A stretch of 64,000 nt of DNA from the NCBI GenBank assembly GCA_963767735.1, contig CAVYES010000005.1, forward strand, positions 1-64,000, written 5' to 3'. Shown piece after piece: positions 60,618-64,000 of the stretch; positions within the stretch are counted from its first letter, which is position 1, and every line of letters starts with the position of its first letter. The position numbers were made by a program, and so were the translations under genes. Under the pieces are notes generated by a model. That model was not told the DNA's origin. It did no database searches and saw only the letters and a list, made by a program, of their open reading frames with translations. The DNA is from Candidatus Bathyarchaeota archaeon. GTDB lineage: Archaea; Thermoproteota; Bathyarchaeia; Bathyarchaeales; Bathycorpusculaceae.

Positions 60618-61229
60618 TTGAAAAACATGAGCCAAAGAGGCATTTTCATCTGCATAGAAGGCTTAGACGGAAGCGGAAAAACTACGCAGGCAAAAATTTT
60701 AGCTGAAAGGCTCTACAAAAGCCACCGTGCGGTTTACACTGCAGAACCTAGCCGAGGCAAAATAGGCACTTTCATTCGAGATTGCTGTCTCTATGACGGG
60801 AAACGTCTTCCAACGGAAGCTGAAGCGCTGCTGTTCGCGACGGATCGTATTGAGCATGTGCAAAATGAGATAGCTCCCTTTTTAGCCGAAGGAAAGATAG
60901 TGATTTGCGACCGCTATGTTTATTCGTCTTTAGCCTACCAAGGCAGCGCTGGCCTCAGCTTGGCTTGGATTAAAACTATTAATGCCCGTGCACTGCAACC
61001 TGACTTCACCATTTTCATCGATGTGCCTCCAGAACGGGTGCTGGAACGTTTGAAGAGAAAGAGGTCTGTGATGGAAACGTTGGAAATACAGCGAAAAGTT
61101 CGAGAAGTCTACCTAAAGTTTGTAGATGAGGGCGAGCTTATCAAGATAGATGGCGACAAACCAAAAAACACCGTGGCAGATGAGCTGTACTTGAAAATTT
61201 TGAGTTTACTTAAAGTAAATAGCACCTGA
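60618..61229 (+). CDS. tmk: Thymidylate kinase (host copy)
   Basis: IEGLDGSGKTT, AEP, LLFATDR and DRYVYSSLAYQG. Confidence 0.93.
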   Translation: MKNMSQRGIFICIEGLDGSGKTTQAKILAERLYKSHRAVYTAEPSRGKIGTFIRDCCLYDGKRLPTEAEALLFATDRIEHVQNEIAPFLAEGKIVICDRYVYSSLAYQGSAGLSLAWIKTINARALQPDFTIFIDVPPERVLERLKRKRSVMETLEIQRKVREVYLKFVDEGELIKIDGDKPKNTVADELYLKILSLLKVNST

Positions 61230-61248
61230 AAAAGAGAAAGTTTGTGGT

Positions 61249-62373
61249 TTAGTCTTCTCTCCACTTGAATAGTTTAACGGCTAAAACGAAGAATACGACC
61301 GTTATCACAGCAGTTACTGCAAGGTCAATGATTGCTCCACTGTAGTTTGCGTAGACCATGACGTTGTTTAAGCCTTGAATTATGTAGAATAGGGGTAGCA
61401 CGTGGGCGATGCTCTGTAGGTATTGCGGCATGATGGCGATTGGGAAGAATGTGCCGGAGAGGAACATCATTGGGAACGTCACTACGTTTCCTATTACGCC
61501 TGCAGTCTCAGGGTTCTTTGTTATGGTTCCAACTAACATGCCTAACGCAGCGAACAGCATTGGACCCAGAATTAGGAAGGGGATAAGCCAGATGGTTAAC
61601 GTTATGTTCGCGCCATAGAGGAGGATTCCTACGGCAACCATAAGTACGAAGCTGAAAGCCCCCAAGGCAATATACCACATCATTTTAGAGGTTAGCCACT
61701 CTATTTTTGTGAGCGGCGTAAGAGACAATTGCTTGAAGATTTTTGTTTTCTTGTACTCTGAGGATATGTTAACAAGCGAGAACATTGGGCTTACAAGTAT
61801 GGCAAAACCAATCAAGCCTGGAACAAGAAAGTCAATGTATTTGGTTTGATGGGTGATTCACTGTAGTCTGGGTTACGCTGATTATGGGTGTGGCGTTTTG
61901 TTTGTAATAGTTCAGATTGAAATAGCTTATAACTCCACTAACTAATTCGACTTACTGCACTGCTAGTGCTCGAAGTTGGATTACCGTAGACTATCACGTT
62001 TACAGGAATACCCGCTAAATAGTTAGCTGAGAAGTTTTCAGGAATAATGATGCCGTCAGATGCTGATTGGGCAGCTAGGTACTTTGTAAAGTTATCCGAA
62101 TTAGGTACCAATGTTATTTGGATTACGCCCGAACTGTTAAGCGTGGTTTAAAAACTGTTGGGCTATATTCATTTGTGGCGACGCAAACGGGCCAGTGTCC
62201 TGGTTCTGAACATAAACATTGACAGCTGGTACTGCTGCTCGAGAAAATTGCGCCGAAAATCAAGATTAGAATTACTGGGAATATTAAGTCCGAAGAATAA
62301 TCCAAACTTGTTTCTTAGATACCCACGGCTAAATACTTTGAAATCTGACAGGATTCTTTTTCCAGCTGCCCAT
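61249..62373 (-). pseudogene. ABC-2 type permease broken by several frameshifts (possible sequencing errors)
   Basis: LFFGL/IFPVILILIFG, YIDFLVPG and PMMFLSGTFFP pieces lie in different frames. Confidence 0.75.
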
Positions 62374-62376
62374 TTT

Positions 62377-63348
62377 TTAGCGCCCCTGTTGATTGTCAGG
62401 TTTGTTTTTGTTTTCATCAGCATCAATGATTTCGCCATGCTCATCCACTCTTCCGCTTACAAGCTTGACGAACACGTCGTCTAAGCTGTCGCGGCGTGTC
62501 TGAATGTCTCCATAGTCCATTTTTGATTGATCAGCAGCGGCTAAAGCTGCCAGTGCATCGATTTTCTGTTTGAGCGGTATACTAATTACGCTTCTATGCC
62601 TATCGTAGTCAACTTGCAGTTCAGTGTTTGCTTTGATATAATGAGCTAATTCTTCGGTTCCGTGAATTTCAAGTCTTTCTCCTGAACCATGCTGCGCAAT
62701 GATTTCATCTGAGGTTCCCATAGCAACAATGTGCCCGTGGTCCATGATGGCTACTCTGTCCGCTAATTGCTGGGCTTCATCTAAGTAATGAGTCGTTAAA
62801 ATGATTGTTTTACCTTTAGCTTTCAATCCACGTATGACATCCCAGATTGCTCTTCGAGCGTTCGGATCCAATCCAGTGGTGGGCTCATCAAGAAAGAGCA
62901 TTTCAGGAGTGCCCACAAGTGAAAGAGCAAGCCCTGTTTTCTGTTTCTGCCCGCCAGAAAGACTGTCAAAATTGGTTTTAGCGGATTCCTCAAGCAAAAC
63001 CTCTTTTAAAATTTCATCAGGATTAACTTTAATGTCGAAGAGGTCGGCATAGTATATTATGGCTTCTCTTGGGGTTATTTTTTCCAAAAAAGTGAACTCT
63101 TGAGGTATGACGCCGATTTTCTTGTGAAGTTCATAACCGTTTTTCCATGGGTCAAGACCAAGAACTTTCACGTCTCCGCCGTCTTTTGCTCTTAAGCCTT
63201 CCAAAATTTCTATGGTGGTGGTTTTGCCTGCGCCGTTTGGACCTAAAAGACCGAAAACTTCACCTTTGCTAACTGTGAATGAGATGTCATCTACGGCTTT
63301 CAAATCTCCATAGCATTTCTTGAGAGCAGAAACTTCAATCGGAATCAA
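62377..63348 (-). CDS. ABC exporter ATP-binding subunit
   Basis: GPNGAGKTT, LSGGQKQ, LDEPT and TTH. Confidence 0.95.
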   Translation of the reverse strand: MIPIEVSALKKCYGDLKAVDDISFTVSKGEVFGLLGPNGAGKTTTIEILEGLRAKDGGDVKVLGLDPWKNGYELHKKIGVIPQEFTFLEKITPREAIIYYADLFDIKVNPDEILKEVLLEESAKTNFDSLSGGQKQKTGLALSLVGTPEMLFLDEPTTGLDPNARRAIWDVIRGLKAKGKTIILTTHYLDEAQQLADRVAIMDHGHIVAMGTSDEIIAQHGSGERLEIHGTEELAHYIKANTELQVDYDRHRSVISIPLKQKIDALAALAAADQSKMDYGDIQTRRDSLDDVFVKLVSGRVDEHGEIIDADENKNKPDNQQGR

Positions 63349-63391
63349 CTAAGTTTTCCTCCAGTTTCCTTGGTTATTTTGTAAGTCTGCC

Positions 63392-64000
63392 TTATTTCTG
63401 GGTTTCGCTTTTACCTCGTAGCGCGCTCTCCGTGCCCGTTTCTTGTCGATTGAGCTCGTATGGTCGATCATACATTTTCGCTTTGGCATTGTTTTCTTTT
63501 GCCAGTTTGTTCCAGCCTCTTTTGCCGAACAGACGTGTCATAGTCTTTGCCAGAAAAAGCGGGACGAAAAGGGTGGAGGCTAAATCTTCAGCTTCTTCTG
63601 ATATGGGTTGACCCGTTGAAAGGTTGATGGACGCTAACGAAAGACCTCTCGTAAGTTTTCGGGTCATGCCTTTCTTTTCGTTCAGTGGTTCACTGTTGAG
63701 AGCCATACCCCAACCAACTCGAATTCCTCCTCCCCACGTGAAATTTGACGCTTGAGCGAAGTTTCGAATGATTTTGACGGCGATATCCATGTGCTCCTTT
63801 TCTGGGAAGCCGCTGTTTATAATTGTAACAAAGAGCTGCGATTTTGTTGGCAATACAGCTTTTCGATGTTCATGAATTAGTTCCATGGCTTTGATGGTTG
63901 GCGAGGGGAAACTGTCAACGTATAATGGAGTGGCAAGGACTATTATGTCAGCGTTGTCAACGGACTTCAATAATTTCTCTGTGCCTTCGCGCGTGTTAAC
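63392..64000 (-). CDS. Flavodoxin-like/NADPH-dependent FMN reductase family protein (5' end beyond window)
   Basis: ADIIVLATPLYVD and NSGFPE. Confidence 0.7.
   Translation of the reverse strand, partial: VNTREGTEKLLKSVDNADIIVLATPLYVDSFPSPTIKAMELIHEHRKAVLPTKSQLFVTIINSGFPEKEHMDIAVKIIRNFAQASNFTWGGGIRVGWGMALNSEPLNEKKGMTRKLTRGLSLASINLSTGQPISEEAEDLASTLFVPLFLAKTMTRLFGKRGWNKLAKENNAKAKMYDRPYELNRQETGTESALRGKSETQK

Noticed and set aside
36-63052. Numerous short antisense/shadow ORFs in the ORF track (e.g. 36..341, 4829..5179, 10458..10949, 21587..21928, 47677..47910)
   Set aside because: They overlap well-supported genes or tRNAs on the other strand or frame and lack motifs.

Overview
This is an archaeal chromosome segment; gene content and order suggest Bathyarchaeia/TACK (inference). 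The conserved backbone includes radA, rpl3-rpl4-rpl23-rpl2-rps19, rps6e-aIF2gamma-PIN-rpoE'-spt4-DPCK-rps24e-rps27ae, fae-hps, an M32 peptidase, an HD hydrolase, tmk, an ABC exporter, tRNA-Ser(CGA, intron) and tRNA-Glu(TTC). Several accessory blocks interrupt it. The best candidate for a new system is a 5,280-bp AT-rich element (32278-37557) carrying a stand-alone Cas1 with intact catalytic residues. It is bounded by a 15-bp target-site duplication (GGTTAAAATTTAATC) and perfect 19-bp terminal inverted repeats built from a telomere-like hexamer (CCCAAA/TTTGGG). It has no PolB, no cas2 and no CRISPR array. Instead it carries an RHH regulator, a tightly coupled operon of small ORFs including a putative primase-like (AEP) ORF with a hidden N-terminus, and a 7x20-bp subterminal tandem array. 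It appears to have inserted into a promoter TATA box. Other accessory blocks are: an integrase element with a two-RHH switch; a corrinoid methyltransferase (O-demethylase-like) cluster with an SCP2 protein and a shared upstream motif; tRNA-linked VapBC islets; a B12-radical SAM/GT-C cassette bracketed by a 143-bp inverted duplication; and an att-bounded island at the tmk 5' region carrying a second tmk and a HEPN-like protein. Several homopolymer frameshifts suggest sequencing indels. All family assignments come from motif recognition by eye, not database searches.
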